A stretch of DNA of 64,000 nt. Origin: Neophaeotheca triangularis. Its lineage: Eukaryota. Under the pieces are notes generated by a model. That model searched no databases. It was not told where the DNA came from and worked only from the letters and a program-made list of their open reading frames with translations. Below, piece after piece: positions 10,284 to 22,717 of the stretch. Both the position numbers and the translations under genes were made by a program. Numbering within the stretch: the first letter of the stretch is position 1; every line of letters begins with the position of its first letter. Where the stretch lies: the NCBI GenBank assembly GCA_054600435.1, contig BAAIJX010000058.1:62001-126000 (forward strand). Direction: 5' to 3'.

Positions 10284-12135
10284 TCAATCCTCCCTCCCGC
10301 CCCGTCCCCTCTGTCCAAGCAAGCCCTCACCGGCCTCATTCCCCTGATCGAAATCATGCTCCTCCAAAGCAATGGATCCGCCAGGGGCAAACCCCAGATG
10401 CTTCGACAAGGCCACAGCCTCCGCTCGTCCCTTCCTCGCATCCACCATCCAGATCAGCGGCGCAGGCAGCAGTGTGAGCACAGCCAAGAAGCCAAAAGCC
10501 GGCCGGATAGTTCCCGTGTTATCGACAATGGCGCCAACGATGGCGGGGCCGAATGCCGAACTGCCTTTGTCTGTCACGGCGTAGAGAGCGTAGAAAGCCG
10601 CTTCGCTGCCCGGTGGGATGATTTCGCCGTAGAAAGAGCGGCAGTAGGAGGAGAGCCCGCCCATGACAAAGCCGAAAACTACGCCTAGCGGGTAGATCTC
10701 CCATGGTTGCTGGAGACCACCTACACCCCAGGACTGAACGAAGGGGACGAACCCGAGTAGACCATAGATGGGGATGGCTTCCATCATCAAGACGCAGCCT
10801 ATGATGGTCTGCTTTGTCTCAAGTTGGTAGCGGGAGGATATCTTCGGCCAGAGGAAAGCGCCCGCTATTCCCGAGGCTGTCACGGTGATTGAGAGCAGCG
10901 CAACGGCGATGGTGCCCATGTGTAGCTCTGTCCTGGCGAAGAGGATGGCAGTGCCTGATACTGTAGCCACAGCATCAGAGAGAAGAAACCATGCAACTAG
11001 GAAGATGCAGGTTTGCCGTAGCTTTGCGGCAGTCTTTACGGTCGTCCAGACCGACCCCCAAGCGAATCGAATGTATTGTACGGCGGCTGGGAGGCGGCTC
11101 TTCCAACGTTGAACGGCTCGCAAGGGTGGACCGGGGCGATCTCGAAGCCAGAGGGCGCCAGGAAAAGTCAACAAGGTCCAGCAGATACCAACGAGAAATA
11201 AGACGAAGCGAAGGGGTGTCGACTCTGCAGCAAAGTTTGCCTTTTTCAAAAGCACAAGCAAAAGTATGCTCAGAACCTGCACTGATACTGCAGCAGCGTA
11301 ACCCAAGCCAACTCCCTTGGATGAGATTTGTGTGGATAGTTTGAGCTCAGAAGATGTGGCATCGGAATTGCCAAAGGTCTTGTTTCGCTGATCGAGAGCT
11401 TCCTCTGCCAGTATCTTGGCCTGTGGGTGGCGAGCGGCGAGAAGAGGCAGGTAGGAGTTTAGGAGTACAAAGGTACAACCTAAGCATACAACAGAGATGA
11501 TGACTAGCGCCGAGCCTAGCAGATAGATCGATGGCCACACGAAGATGAATGCGGTGGTTGCGGCGGCTCCCGTAAATGCAAAGGTCAGTAGAAGACGTTT
11601 CCGGTAATTGCCTGGCACCGTTAGCCACCATGGACAACTGACAGCGTTCATCATTCACCCACCATAGTCAGCGACGGGACTGAATGAGATCAACACTAGC
11701 GCCTGGACGAAAACAGCAATGCTGAAAGTGTACATGGCGAAGCTTGCACTGCTCGTCTCGCGCCCAAATGGCTGAATCATGCATTGGCCTCCAGCGTCAT
11801 CCGGTGCGTCTGCCCGCGCAAGCATCCTCAGCATTCGACTACCCTTGGGCTCCACGCAAGGTGTCGTGCCATTAGATCGGAGGACGCCGCTTTCGCGAGC
11901 TAGTTGCTCGAGAGTCACCGGGGCGAAAGAGCCTGACATATGTTAGCATCTTCTCCTTGTGCATGTGGGTGTAATTGTATATTCGAGGTCCGGGAGACTA
12001 CTCACCAACACCGCACACCGCGAAGATCTCAGCTGCCAAGCCCGTAGAGTACCAGCCCTTGAGCTCGCGCTCGGTCGTTGGACTGACATCTTCGCCATCA
12101 TAGCGAGGCGCACGAGCATCCTCTTCATCCGCCAT
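10284..12135 (-). CDS. ATG22: Autophagy-related vacuolar effluxer Atg22 (MFS), 3 exons
   Basis: PRYDGEDVSPTTERELKGWY..AAEIFAVCGVG|SFAPVTLEQLARE; FLVAWFLLSDA; SYCRSFYGEIIPPGSEAAFYALYAVTDKGSS. Confidence 0.92.
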
Positions 12136-12459
12136 GTTATATACGATAACAAAGTGTATAAGATTCTTATCACATTCGGGGCTATGGCGACGTTTCGCCT
12201 TTGACCTTGACAGGAAGTAGAGGAATTGAAGCGGCGGAGTTCGGATGTCGTCGGAGTTGCTTCGGGAAAACGTCCGATTAGCTGTTCTTGACCACATCAA
12301 ACAAAGGGTCAGAGTTTGGTCTGGCTCACTTTGCTCGCATGAGGCCAACATTGATACGAGTGCTGTCTCCTAACAACTCAAGGATTGTCTATAAAGAGAT
12401 CTCTAAAGCTACAGTGGATGCCTTCCAATACAAGCAAACAGCTGCGTGTGAAACGTCAC

Positions 12460-13740
12460 GGGCAACAAAATCGCTGAGCTAGATCTAGACCTAGGTTAAA
12501 TTCATGTTTGATCAATAACATATCGATTGCAATGTACGTATTGAGATATGACTTGGTATCCTAACAAGATGGCCTGAGTGGTTTCAGTCATCACCCAAGT
12601 TCTACCTATTCATCTATTGGTCTTTTAGTTGATCGATTGAAAGCCGTGCCAACACCAGCCCATGGCTTTGTAATGATCCTTTACATGAGACACTGCACAT
12701 TCCAGACAAAAGTCGATGCAAAGGTATGAGGTTCGACGCAATAGCTCAAGTCCATTCGTCTCTTACCGGGAGAGGGCGCTGCTACGATTGCTAATCATGA
12801 TGTATATATATAATGAACGGAATTGGGAAGCTCGAGACTACGACACTCTACTTCGAGCCCATTTAGTGCCGACCATGAACAATCATCATGGAGCCGTAAG
12901 GCATTCTTGCTCTCGGCTAGCCATTACGAGAGTCACGTGTTCAATAGATATGCAAGGTGATTCTTTTGCTGTCAAATTACCAGGGTCTGAATGTGGCGCT
13001 AGGGTTACTCCCCTAGGGGGAAACGTAGGCGTCGTGCAAGGTCTCCGATAACGTATACCGTTAGGAACTAAACTCGTTCGTATCTCTCTCTATCCGCAAA
13101 GCACTTAGGTAGCTTAGACATCACTTAAGTCATCAATTTCTAGCTACAAACGCAGTGTATGTCATCATATAGCGTCCGTCGTCGACGAATGCATTCCACT
13201 TTCTTTCCTACCTAACATTAATACGACGAGCAGACATGACGTAGGGCAATCAGATCATCCCTAACTCTAGTTCCCGTAAAAAGCATCTAGTTTGTCCCTT
13301 GCTAAAATCAAAGTACCTACACACCTATAGCTTCTCGAAATTAGGCACGAGCGCGATGCGTACGAGAGAGACGCTACGAGTAGCAAGCTACATGCGCGTC
13401 TCATCATCCCTACGTAAAGCTATGCCCCTCCCCTACCGGACTCTACCTTGACCTACAATGTGAATACCGCCGAGTAAGATAGTTAATCTGACCAATACCA
13501 TAACACGTATCGAGTTTAGTATTTACAGGTTAAGGAGCCTCGAGTAGTAGACCTGGCCTGTGCGTAGCATCCATTTCTTTAATTCGATAGTGTTTTCACC
13601 ATGCTCCACGGCGCTGTTAAGAATTCGTAGAGGCTAATAGCCGTGACGCATTGGCGCCTTGTACTAGGTCTAGGTTACCTAGGTAGGCTTGGAAAACTTA
13701 CCTCCGAGAGCCTCTCAATTTTTAAAATCCGGTTCGAGTT
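12460..13740. other. AT/TpA-rich intergenic stretch, possibly a RIP-decayed repeat relic
   Basis: Few ORFs, many TAG/CTA/TA dinucleotides, lower GC than the flanking genes. Confidence 0.3.
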
Positions 13741-13958
13741 TGCTGTCATAGAAGAGTCAAAGATCGAAGTAAAGATCGAAGCAAATGTTTAATGTAGGAG
13801 TAGAGGTAAAAGCAGAGGTAAAGATAGACGTGGTCGTGAAGATAGAAGTAAACGTAAGAGTAAACGTAAGAGCAAAGATATTAGAAAAGCGAAGAGGTAT
13901 AAAACTCAAGCACCCCGTAGCATGAGCCTAAAAACATCATGCCAAGCCACCTCTACCC

Positions 13959-15617
13959 CTACACAACCAGAAGCCTAACGCCCCTACTATCATCTGGCCC
14001 AAAAGGCGCAAAGTAATCATGACAAATACTAACATCCCTCTCGGTGGTCTCAAACAACCGCATCCCGTCACCAAACTCCAAGATCAAATTTCCCATCATT
14101 AGCAAGAGCTCCTCCCTCGCCAATTCCAAGCCCACGCACTGCCGGACTCCTACGCCAAAAGGTTTGAAAGCCCGCTCCATGTGCTGGAGTTCTTCGGTGG
14201 AGCTATCAATCCAGCGAGTCGGGGTGAATGATTCGGGGTTCGGGAAGATGCTGGGGTTGTAGTGGAGGTCGAGGATGGACATGGAGATTGTAGTGCCTGG
14301 GGGAAAGGTGTAGGTGACGGGGCTAGGTGAGGATGGTGGAGTGTAGGTGGTGGGTGCGTGGTGGTTTTGGCGTGGTAGACGGCTGCTTACGCCCGTGGCT
14401 AGGCGAAGGGATTCTTTGAGGCAAGCTTGGAGGTAGGGGAGGTTCTCGAGCGTTTTGTGGTCGAGGAGGGTGAAAGGGGAGGGTCTCTGGCGGGCTGCGC
14501 GATGGAGTTCGGATTGTAAACGGGCGAGAACGGGTTGCTGAGAGAGCACGTGGTAGGTGAAAACAGAGAGGGTGTTGCCGGTTGTTTCAGTCCCCGCGCC
14601 GAGGATTGCTTGTGTTTCTGCCAGTATCCGGGTGAGAGTCTTGTCTTCTGGGCCGATCAAAGGGGAAGTGTAAATAGCGTCGAGGACAGTAGGGGTTTCT
14701 CCGTCCTTGGGTATGCCTCCGCGATCAACGACAGCTTTCGCTTGGGCGAGAAGGGCCTGGTCTATCCATGAGCAGGGTGGTCATCATTTCCATGACTGCA
14801 CTTCAACTCACAGCTTGATTGTCAATGACAGCGACACTGGCACCAGTCGGATCCAGCCTCGCAATCACCGCTCTCGGTATAGCGTTCATAATCGGAAACA
14901 CGACTGGAAAGTGCCGATGCCACAGCATGAGCTCCGAAAAGTCCCTTAATACCCTATTGAAAGCAGCCGAAAAATCCGGAGAACGCAGGAAATCTCTCCC
15001 GTGGGGAGCAGCATAATCGGAAATAACATCTGTAGCATAACAGCGAAAGGCATTAGAGATGTCAACAACCTTGCCGGCTTTCCGATGCTCCTCCATCCGA
15101 TCCAGCAGCGTCTGCACTCTCGCGAGCACTTTCGGCTCTAGCTTATTGACGTTTGCTACCGAGAAAAATTTGGCCATTGCGCCGCGACGGGCCTTGTGTA
15201 GTTCCCAAGAAGCGGTGCCGACGGCCGCGCCATTGTCGCCGAAAGCACGGTAGAACCAGGCGTCCTTGTCGAGTCTGCTGTCGGAATAGAAGACTTGGAA
15301 GAATTCGGGGTCGGAGATGTGGACTTCCCATGGGTTTATCCTGACAACGGGACCTTTGGATATCCTTAGTATCTGTAAAGTAGTGTGTCTGCGACGTACC
15401 ACCAACCGTAAACCTCATGCAGCTCCTGAATCTTGAAGACATATTGTCCCTTTCTGAAACAGTCAAAGTAGAACTCATACCAGCCCGTGATTGCAGCGAG
15501 CTTGGGACCGGGGACTTTTGCGAGAGGATGGAGAAAGAGTCGATAGATTGCCAATATGAAGAATGAGGTCAAGATAAGCCCCACGAAGCCTGGGGCTAAG
15601 GATGAGATGCCAATCAT
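13959..15617 (-). CDS. Cytochrome P450 monooxygenase (trichodiene-oxygenase-like type), 3 exons
   Basis: N-terminal TM + HPLAKVPGPKLAA; YG|PVVRINPWEVHI; I-helix AGTETT; ESLR; heme motif FGVGVRQCVG. Introns near 15404-15352 and 14810-14758. Confidence 0.92.
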
Positions 15618-16183
15618 CTCCACAAAGGTAATTCCAACGTCGTGGTGGTGGTGCTGGCGCTAATAACTAGGTACGGAGTTTTGATCGGGCGGTACGCTAA
15701 TGGAGGAAGGTTGATTGGATGGTGAGGTCGACGCATATGACGACGGGACTTTAGAAGACGCGTAGAACTGACGGCGAAATGCGCAGTCGAACATATATGC
15801 GGGATGATGCTATGGATAACCATACATGCAGCTCTCTCTAGTGATACGCTTAAAAGATTACAGCTGAAGCATATCACTCTGCCTCTACAAACAAATCGCT
15901 GTAGAGTATGGAACGTACTTGCTTAAACTTTCGCCACATTTGACAACTCCCAGCGGCTCAGTGAAGCTGTTCTAGAGTTTACACGACCAACCAGATGCAA
16001 AACCCCCCTCTACAAAACACCCACTTGACAACTCAAACGCCTCGCTAAAGCCACATACCAAACCACACGATCAAACCCAACCAAACAAAACCTTCGCTCC
16101 ACCCTTCCACTACGAATCATTCCCATCCCTCCATAGTCTCGTTCCACATTACTGCCCTGTAATTCCCTCACAAAACGCTCCCA

Positions 16184-19100
16184 TCATTCCCCCAGATCCC
16201 CTCGCATCAACTCCCCCTCAACATCCTCAACCAATCTACTCGCCTCCCCCTCTCTAGCCGGCAAACCCGCCAGCAAGCCCTCTCGCTCCCCCACGGCGAC
16301 AACTCTCTCAGCCAAACCCCTTCTCCTGCCCCTCCTCAAAACACGCATGTCCTCCTGCACAACCTCCCCATCCCAAGCCAGCATCTCCATATTCCCCGCA
16401 TCGACACCCTCAGCCGAAGCCATAACGGCATCATTACTGAGGATACTCTTAATAAGAGCTAGAGCATTAGCCTCCTGAACCAAACCCAAACTCACAGCAC
16501 CCTCCATCCCCCGGCCCCGGCCGCGGGTCGTCGAAGAGAGACGTAAAGCGGTTTCCGCGCGCTTGAGCTGCGGAGCGAACCCATTCAGAAAAGCCACAAC
16601 CTCTGGTGCCATTCTCGCTCCAACATGGTCGAGGAGGTTGAGACACAAGGGTAGAAAGCCCTCATTCCAGATTACGAACATCTGTAGGGGAAAGTCAAAA
16701 GGCCCTTTCCCGCCGGGTTTCCGGAAGTAAGAGCTCAAATTGGCGTTGGCGAGGTCGGCGAGGACATTCTCGGTGGCTAAGACGTGAGCGAGAGAGGGCA
16801 GGGTGGAGAGAGTTAGGAGGAAAGAAAGTGCTAGGGGGGCGTAGATAGGGTCCTCGGCTCCTGGGGTCCCGGAAGGAGTGGGAAGGGTGTCGGACCAGCT
16901 GTAGAGGCTTGCGGCCGTGCGGATGATGCTGCTAGAGGCGACGGTGTGGGTGATGTCGGCGGCGGCGAGGCGAGAGACTGTGGGGAGGGATGTGCAGGTG
17001 TTGAGGAGCGCGGTCAGGAGAGCGAAGTCGGAGGGGAGGGTGAGGTGCGCGGTAGAGGGGGAGTGGAGGTTGGCGGAGAGGGCGCGGAAGGCCGTACAAA
17101 TGGTGTGCGTGATTTGGACGAGAATTTTGGCAGTCGTAGTCGCAGTCGCGTCGATGGCGGGTAAGTGAGTGGTGTTGCTGGCATGATCCGTTGCAGTCGT
17201 TGTTGGAGTAGCAGAGTAAACATGCGGCTGCAGCGACAAGTAAAGAATCTGCAACAACGCGCGATAATACCCCAGATCCTCAGCAGCAGTCGCGACATCA
17301 AAGTCCACCGGACTAGCTCTGACAAGATCCCACGCAGCCGGGAGTAGCGCCTTCATCTCACCACCCTCAGACTTGGCCCCCACCAACTTCGAAACAAGCA
17401 CAAAAGCCATATCCCCCCTTACTTGCAACAAATCCGCCGCGGCAGGCTCGTCCAGCGGCGCATTGAGATTCGCGCGCAGACACTTCTCCGCAGTGGCAGC
17501 AAGTTCCACCCGCAAAGCCGCTTCCTGTTCGAGACACTGGCTCAGCGTCGTGGCCAAATCGCGCCAGGCTTGCAGTAATGCGGTCTGCGCGTCTACGACC
17601 GCGAGATTGGCATTCGCGCGTTCCATTTCGTCGCGGAAACCACTTTGTCGGGTGGATTTGCCGCGCCAGGAGGAGTCGTGGGAGAGCATGCGCGAGGCTA
17701 AGGCGGTGTCGTAGAAGTGGCCGCGGTAGGTTTCGTCGCCCGAAAGCGGGGGGTTTGCGGCGGTGCGCTCGAAGTGCTGCAAAGTGCAACCGGAGTATTT
17801 GCGGGAAAAGTTCTCGGTCAAGTTCTGATGGAGGGAGCGATTGTAAGTGTCTACTTGCACGCCATAGTCGCGGAGATAGCTGAGTTTGGGAATTAAGAGC
17901 TTGACGACCGAGACGTCGCCGACTTCGAGCCCGCTGTGAATGTTAACGGCTAGAGTTTCGCAAATGTGTGCTGCCATGCGCAGCTCGCGAGTTTCCAGCA
18001 TGGGTTTGCCGCTGCCTCGTTTTGGGGGCTGAAGGGTGTTGAGCCAATCGATGGAGTTTTTGAGGAAAGTGCTGTGGTTGCGGACTTCGTTTGCTGCCCA
18101 CACCCAGCTGCGCTGGGAAGCGGCTACAAATGCCAACATGGCGATCGCGCGCTCGGGCTCAATGGCATTGAGGTCGATGAGCTGATCGAGAGCGTAGCTC
18201 AGGAGGGGTCGGCCCTTGTTACCGCTGTCTGTGGCTTTGATACGGTCTTTGGGAAGAGTACCAGTGAGGAGATAGAGGGAAAACCATTGCTGCTTGCTGT
18301 CCATGATTGTCGAGAGGAAGTTCCAGCAGCTGCGTTCCGTGTCGGGGTCCAGGAAAGGTTTGTCCAATTGCGTCAAGGTGGCTAAGAAGCTTTTGGCAGG
18401 TTCGGGCCTCATTTGGCTCAGCAAAGATGGCGGCTCCTTGGTCGAAAGCTCCATTGCAGGCACCATCTCGCTCAGGAGGACGACGATCGGGCGCTTGAGG
18501 CTCGGGGATCCAGCCACAAGATTAGCAAAGGCGGGCATGAGTTTCACTAAGCCATTGGCCAGACCAGACGCCCTAACATCCGAGCACAACCTCACAGATC
18601 GCAGCAGCGTAGTCAAAAACTGCAGCAAGTCCCCGGTCTGCTGCGTCAGCATAGCTCTCAGCTCTGCTGGCATGATTATCTCCGAAAGGGCCATGGCATC
18701 CCTAATTGAACTCGTGACCGATGCAAGTTGACCACCTGCCTCAGCGTCCGGAGCAAGCACGGTTAACACAGCAGCGGCGCTCGCCTGCAAGAAAGCCGTG
18801 AGCTTCCTTTGCCCTTTGGCCTCGCCGATTCCATAAGTCCAACGCAAAACCATCTCAAAGCCCTTTGTCATGTCCGTGATAACCTGACACCTTTGCTCCG
18901 GGACGGCAAATTTCCACTCAGCCATGCTTTGGAAGAACTCCAACATGATGTTCTGGTAAGCTCCCAACACAGCTGCAATAGCTCTCTCGGGAGTGGCGGT
19001 GCTAGCAACGTCTGAACCGGAATCGTGTCTACTGATGCGACCTGGCTGGCCGTTTGAAGAGTTTTGCGGTTGGTTCTTAACAGCGCCGGTGACGGAGTCT

Positions 19101-21799
19101 TCGATCAGCGACCTGTAAAGCCGCGCGCAGCGATTCAGGAAAGTGTATTCAGCGTTGGGGACTTCAGAACTGGTGACAATGTTTGCGAGAGTCGAAGGGC
19201 CGCCAGCGAGACCCAGTAAGCTGCTTCGAGAGAGGAAAGACCAGACGCGAGAAGCGTGCATGGGGAGCAAGTTTTGCAAGAAAGCGACGCAAGCGGCGAG
19301 GAGTTCGAGAGAACTCTCGCCTTGTTGTTGGTCGTTGTGAGAGAGCAGCACGAGCTCGAAAAGTGTCGTGACGGTAGAGACGAAGCCGTGAGATTGGTCC
19401 GGGAGGGCTTTGCTGAAATGTTCGAGGACTGCGGTGGTGTGCTCGAGAGCAGAGTTTGGGGTGTCGGGAACTAGCAATGCCGTGGCCAAGTTTATGATCT
19501 CGGCAGCGGTGGAGCTATCGACGCCAATGTCGTGACCGGGGAGGGCGAAGACGAGTTCGCTTTTGGGAAGCGCGGTAGTGAGGAGAAGGCCGAGGTATGC
19601 CATACTGGAATGTGCGTGCTCTAATCGGACGACTGCTGGTTTCGTGCCTAGGCGCGATTCGCTGACTATGAGACCGAGCGTTCCCTGTGCTACTGCTTTG
19701 ACGTTTCCGTCCTGCTCGCCGTCTGTGAGCATCATGTCGTTGTTCTGCGAGACCGGCATGAGCGCCCTGTAGCCGGCTTTTCGTTGGGTGAAGATGGAAA
19801 GGTCGTCCGTGAGAATGAACGCGTTGATGTCCTCGTCTTCTCTTGTGAGCTCGTAGCTTTTGAACCCGTGAGGCATAGCTGTAGTGAAGCTCATCTGCGA
19901 CTCGAGGATTTCGTCCATGACAAAGAACGCGCCGCCAAGATTGCTCCCCTGGGAGCCCTTGCAAAGAATGGTGCAAAGTCGGAGGAAAGGCGAAAGCTCG
20001 TAGGGATAACGGTTCTTCGCTTGCTCGACAACTGCAGCATGGAAACCTTCTTGATCCGCGAGTATCTTGTTGACGAAGTAGGCAGTGACGTTGGGGTTGA
20101 CGCTGGTGGTGGGCGTCTTTGGGTCGAGGAGGTCAAATACAGCGCCAAGCAGCTCTTCGCCGTAGGTGACCATCGATAACCCCTCCCCGACCAGGTCAAG
20201 CAGCGGCAGCCGAGCAAAGAATGAAGTCGGACATTCAGCAGCAGAGGCGAAAGCAGCTGACAGAGCTGTGCTGATAATCTGAATCGTCGCATACACGTTC
20301 AAGGCATCCACCGCGGCTTTGGCCAAGAAAAGTGGTGGATCATCACGAACCTCAAAGGGAAGTCGTACATCCTTGATCTGCTCAAGCTGCTGCTCAAAAG
20401 ATGACAGAGGCCTGGCGGAGGTAGCTCGTGCGTTTGCGACGTCGTCTTCGCCTTCTTGTTCGACCCGGAGTTCTTGATGTATCCTCGCCACATCTCTGAT
20501 CATCGTCGTGATGAGGCTCCAGGCGTAGATTGCGGGACCAGCGATGCGGATGCCTTTGTCCGCAGCATCGGCGAGCTTCAACGTAATGTCTCGTACGCAG
20601 TCGTTGTTCGGCTTCTGTACGATGTAGGCGCTTGCGCGTAGATCCGGGTATTCGGCGCTATCTGGTCTTGCATTTGCGGCATCTTGGAGGTATGCCAAAC
20701 TCTCCGGCAGCTTCAGCAGTGCTACCGAGACGACGGAAACTAGGCCCTGGAGCAAAGGCAACAGCGCTTCCTGCATAGGCGTCTGCGTCGGCAGCATTTG
20801 GAAAAACGCCACTTCGTCCATCGTCCGGAACCAATCTCTGAGCGGTTGTGCTTCTGTAATCGAGTTCGAGTGCGCTATTTGCGCAAGCAGACTCCGCAAG
20901 TCGTTGACAGCATCGCTAAGCGCGCAGTCCATGTAAAGAGCCTCAAGGAGAGGGTCCCCGACAACGACTTTAGGCCAACTGTCAACGCCGGCGTCAAGCT
21001 TTCGCATGCGTTCGTCAAAGGCCGTAATGTAAGCTGTGATAGTCGACGCATCCGCACGCTCAAACTCCGTGCCCCGGAATGCTGCCAGCAGGTACTCCAG
21101 CGCTTCTTTACGACCAAGAAACGGCGCAGTGCCAGATAGTGAAGGCGACCTCGCCAAGTCTCCCGTGGCAAGCAGCAAGCCCTTCAATGTAGCACTCACA
21201 GCACTAACCGCGCTTTTCTCCTCCAGCGCCATCTTCACAATCCGTGGCCGGCGCACACTTTCTTCATCAGTTGAAGGCAGTGTAGCCGCCGCAGTCCCCA
21301 CACCCAACGATTTCCCCAGTGCAAACCGACTCTGACCCATGGTCGAGACACCCAGTGCCTGCGCCCACTCACCCGCCCCCTGGCCCCCCGCCGTCCCAGA
21401 CCGACCAAGCAGTAAATCGGCGCGTCGTTCCTGCCACTCCAAAGCCACGGCTCTCAACGCCGTCGTTTCCTCCATGACCAGCTCTTTGGACAACCACAGC
21501 GCATCCTGCTTCATCTGCTCGACATTGTAGTCGCCATTGCTGCCATTGGGCGAGACGTGGATAGGTGCGGTGCGATTTTCGAAATCGCGCTTGCTGTCGG
21601 CAGAAGGGGGTGTGAAGGGGCGGTGAGCGTTTGTTAAGAGAGCGAGGGAGGCGTTGTCGGTGAGGAAGCTGGTGAGTGTTTCGTTTTGCGAATTTGTTTC
21701 TGTGAGGGTCGTGAGGAGCTGAGAGGCAGCGCGCCAGGGAATAAGGTACGATTCGCCGGAGAAGACTTTGTCCAAGGGCGGGAAGTGGGTGGAAGCCAT
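16184..21799 (-). CDS. NUP188: Nucleoporin Nup188/Nup184
   Basis: 1871-aa intronless helical ORF; N-terminus (FPPLDK..F....APIHV..DALWLSKEL..EETTALR..LEWQ.R) matches my recollection of fungal Nup188. Confidence 0.8.
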   Translation of the reverse strand: MASTHFPPLDKVFSGESYLIPWRAASQLLTTLTETNSQNETLTSFLTDNASLALLTNAHRPFTPPSADSKRDFENRTAPIHVSPNGSNGDYNVEQMKQDALWLSKELVMEETTALRAVALEWQERRADLLLGRSGTAGGQGAGEWAQALGVSTMGQSRFALGKSLGVGTAAATLPSTDEESVRRPRIVKMALEEKSAVSAVSATLKGLLLATGDLARSPSLSGTAPFLGRKEALEYLLAAFRGTEFERADASTITAYITAFDERMRKLDAGVDSWPKVVVGDPLLEALYMDCALSDAVNDLRSLLAQIAHSNSITEAQPLRDWFRTMDEVAFFQMLPTQTPMQEALLPLLQGLVSVVSVALLKLPESLAYLQDAANARPDSAEYPDLRASAYIVQKPNNDCVRDITLKLADAADKGIRIAGPAIYAWSLITTMIRDVARIHQELRVEQEGEDDVANARATSARPLSSFEQQLEQIKDVRLPFEVRDDPPLFLAKAAVDALNVYATIQIISTALSAAFASAAECPTSFFARLPLLDLVGEGLSMVTYGEELLGAVFDLLDPKTPTTSVNPNVTAYFVNKILADQEGFHAAVVEQAKNRYPYELSPFLRLCTILCKGSQGSNLGGAFFVMDEILESQMSFTTAMPHGFKSYELTREDEDINAFILTDDLSIFTQRKAGYRALMPVSQNNDMMLTDGEQDGNVKAVAQGTLGLIVSESRLGTKPAVVRLEHAHSSMAYLGLLLTTALPKSELVFALPGHDIGVDSSTAAEIINLATALLVPDTPNSALEHTTAVLEHFSKALPDQSHGFVSTVTTLFELVLLSHNDQQQGESSLELLAACVAFLQNLLPMHASRVWSFLSRSSLLGLAGGPSTLANIVTSSEVPNAEYTFLNRCARLYRSLIEDSVTGAVKNQPQNSSNGQPGRISRHDSGSDVASTATPERAIAAVLGAYQNIMLEFFQSMAEWKFAVPEQRCQVITDMTKGFEMVLRWTYGIGEAKGQRKLTAFLQASAAAVLTVLAPDAEAGGQLASVTSSIRDAMALSEIIMPAELRAMLTQQTGDLLQFLTTLLRSVRLCSDVRASGLANGLVKLMPAFANLVAGSPSLKRPIVVLLSEMVPAMELSTKEPPSLLSQMRPEPAKSFLATLTQLDKPFLDPDTERSCWNFLSTIMDSKQQWFSLYLLTGTLPKDRIKATDSGNKGRPLLSYALDQLIDLNAIEPERAIAMLAFVAASQRSWVWAANEVRNHSTFLKNSIDWLNTLQPPKRGSGKPMLETRELRMAAHICETLAVNIHSGLEVGDVSVVKLLIPKLSYLRDYGVQVDTYNRSLHQNLTENFSRKYSGCTLQHFERTAANPPLSGDETYRGHFYDTALASRMLSHDSSWRGKSTRQSGFRDEMERANANLAVVDAQTALLQAWRDLATTLSQCLEQEAALRVELAATAEKCLRANLNAPLDEPAAADLLQVRGDMAFVLVSKLVGAKSEGGEMKALLPAAWDLVRASPVDFDVATAAEDLGYYRALLQILYLSLQPHVYSATPTTTATDHASNTTHLPAIDATATTTAKILVQITHTICTAFRALSANLHSPSTAHLTLPSDFALLTALLNTCTSLPTVSRLAAADITHTVASSSIIRTAASLYSWSDTLPTPSGTPGAEDPIYAPLALSFLLTLSTLPSLAHVLATENVLADLANANLSSYFRKPGGKGPFDFPLQMFVIWNEGFLPLCLNLLDHVGARMAPEVVAFLNGFAPQLKRAETALRLSSTTRGRGRGMEGAVSLGLVQEANALALIKSILSNDAVMASAEGVDAGNMEMLAWDGEVVQEDMRVLRRGRRRGLAERVVAVGEREGLLAGLPAREGEASRLVEDVEGELMRGDLGE

Positions 21800-22257
21800 G
21801 GTTGTGGTACAAGAGTAGGATGTTGTTTCCTTCTGCCTCTAGAGGAGCTTTTGAGACTGCATTAGTTGACGGTTGTCGGGTCAAGGGCGGGTTTGATACC
21901 GACATTGCGATAGAAGTCTAGACGACGTGTTGCTGGTGACCTTGTTGTAGGGAGAGTCGTGCCATTGTTCAATTTGCGCGCATGTAATTAAGTGTCGTTG
22001 ATATCGAACAATAAACGTTACTCTTCACTTTGAGAGAGCTTCACTGCACGAGAGCAGAGCCATCAGAGCTTCCGGTCGACTTCTCGCGTTGCCTTTCGCG
22101 TTTCCCCAGGCTCGGCAAACTTTCCGCCGAAGTTAACTCCGAGCCTTGGCATCACTCGCGATTGAGCTCCAACCTCATGCTTTCCCAATGCGGACGACAG
22201 TAACCATACCTATACCGACACCCTCACAACACCGTTGCAGCAGAGCCACACTACACA

Positions 22258-22717
22258 ATGGACACCGTCAAGAACGCCGTCGGACTCAATGGGGGCGGGC
22301 CCTCCACAAGTACAGCCCCCCAACCTACCCTATCCCCCTGCTCCATTCAACCCGAACAAAGGCTGACCCAATCCTCCTCCCCCTCTCCAGAAGCCACCCG
22401 CGAAGAAATGTCCGCCGCCAAACTCCCCATTCAATACCGCGACTCGTGTGCGCATCTCTTGATTCCCTTGAACAAGTGCCGGAGAGAGGAGTACTACTTG
22501 CCGTGGAAGTGCGAGGTACGGGCCCCCAACAAAGACCACCACACAACCCGAGAAGGAACCCAGAGCATTTCAAAGCATGGCGTATACTGATCTTTGATGA
22601 TTGGATGTATAGGACGAGCGACATGGCTACGAAAAGTGCCAGTATGAGGAGTTTAAATTGAGGGTGGCTAAGATGGATCAGCTTCGTGCTGAGAAGGGGG
22701 GCGAGAGGAGTAATTAG
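22258..22717 (+). CDS. NDUFB7: NADH:ubiquinone oxidoreductase B18 subunit, 3 exons
   Basis: ATREEMSAAKLPIQYRDSCAHLLIPLNKCRREEYYLPWKCE|DERHGYEKCQYEEFKLRVAKMD (twin CX9C). Introns at ~22310-22390 and 22516-22612. Confidence 0.95.

Noticed and set aside
8782..15617. Secondary-metabolite cluster (peroxidase, MFS, P450)
   Set aside because: No backbone enzyme; the transporter is housekeeping Atg22.
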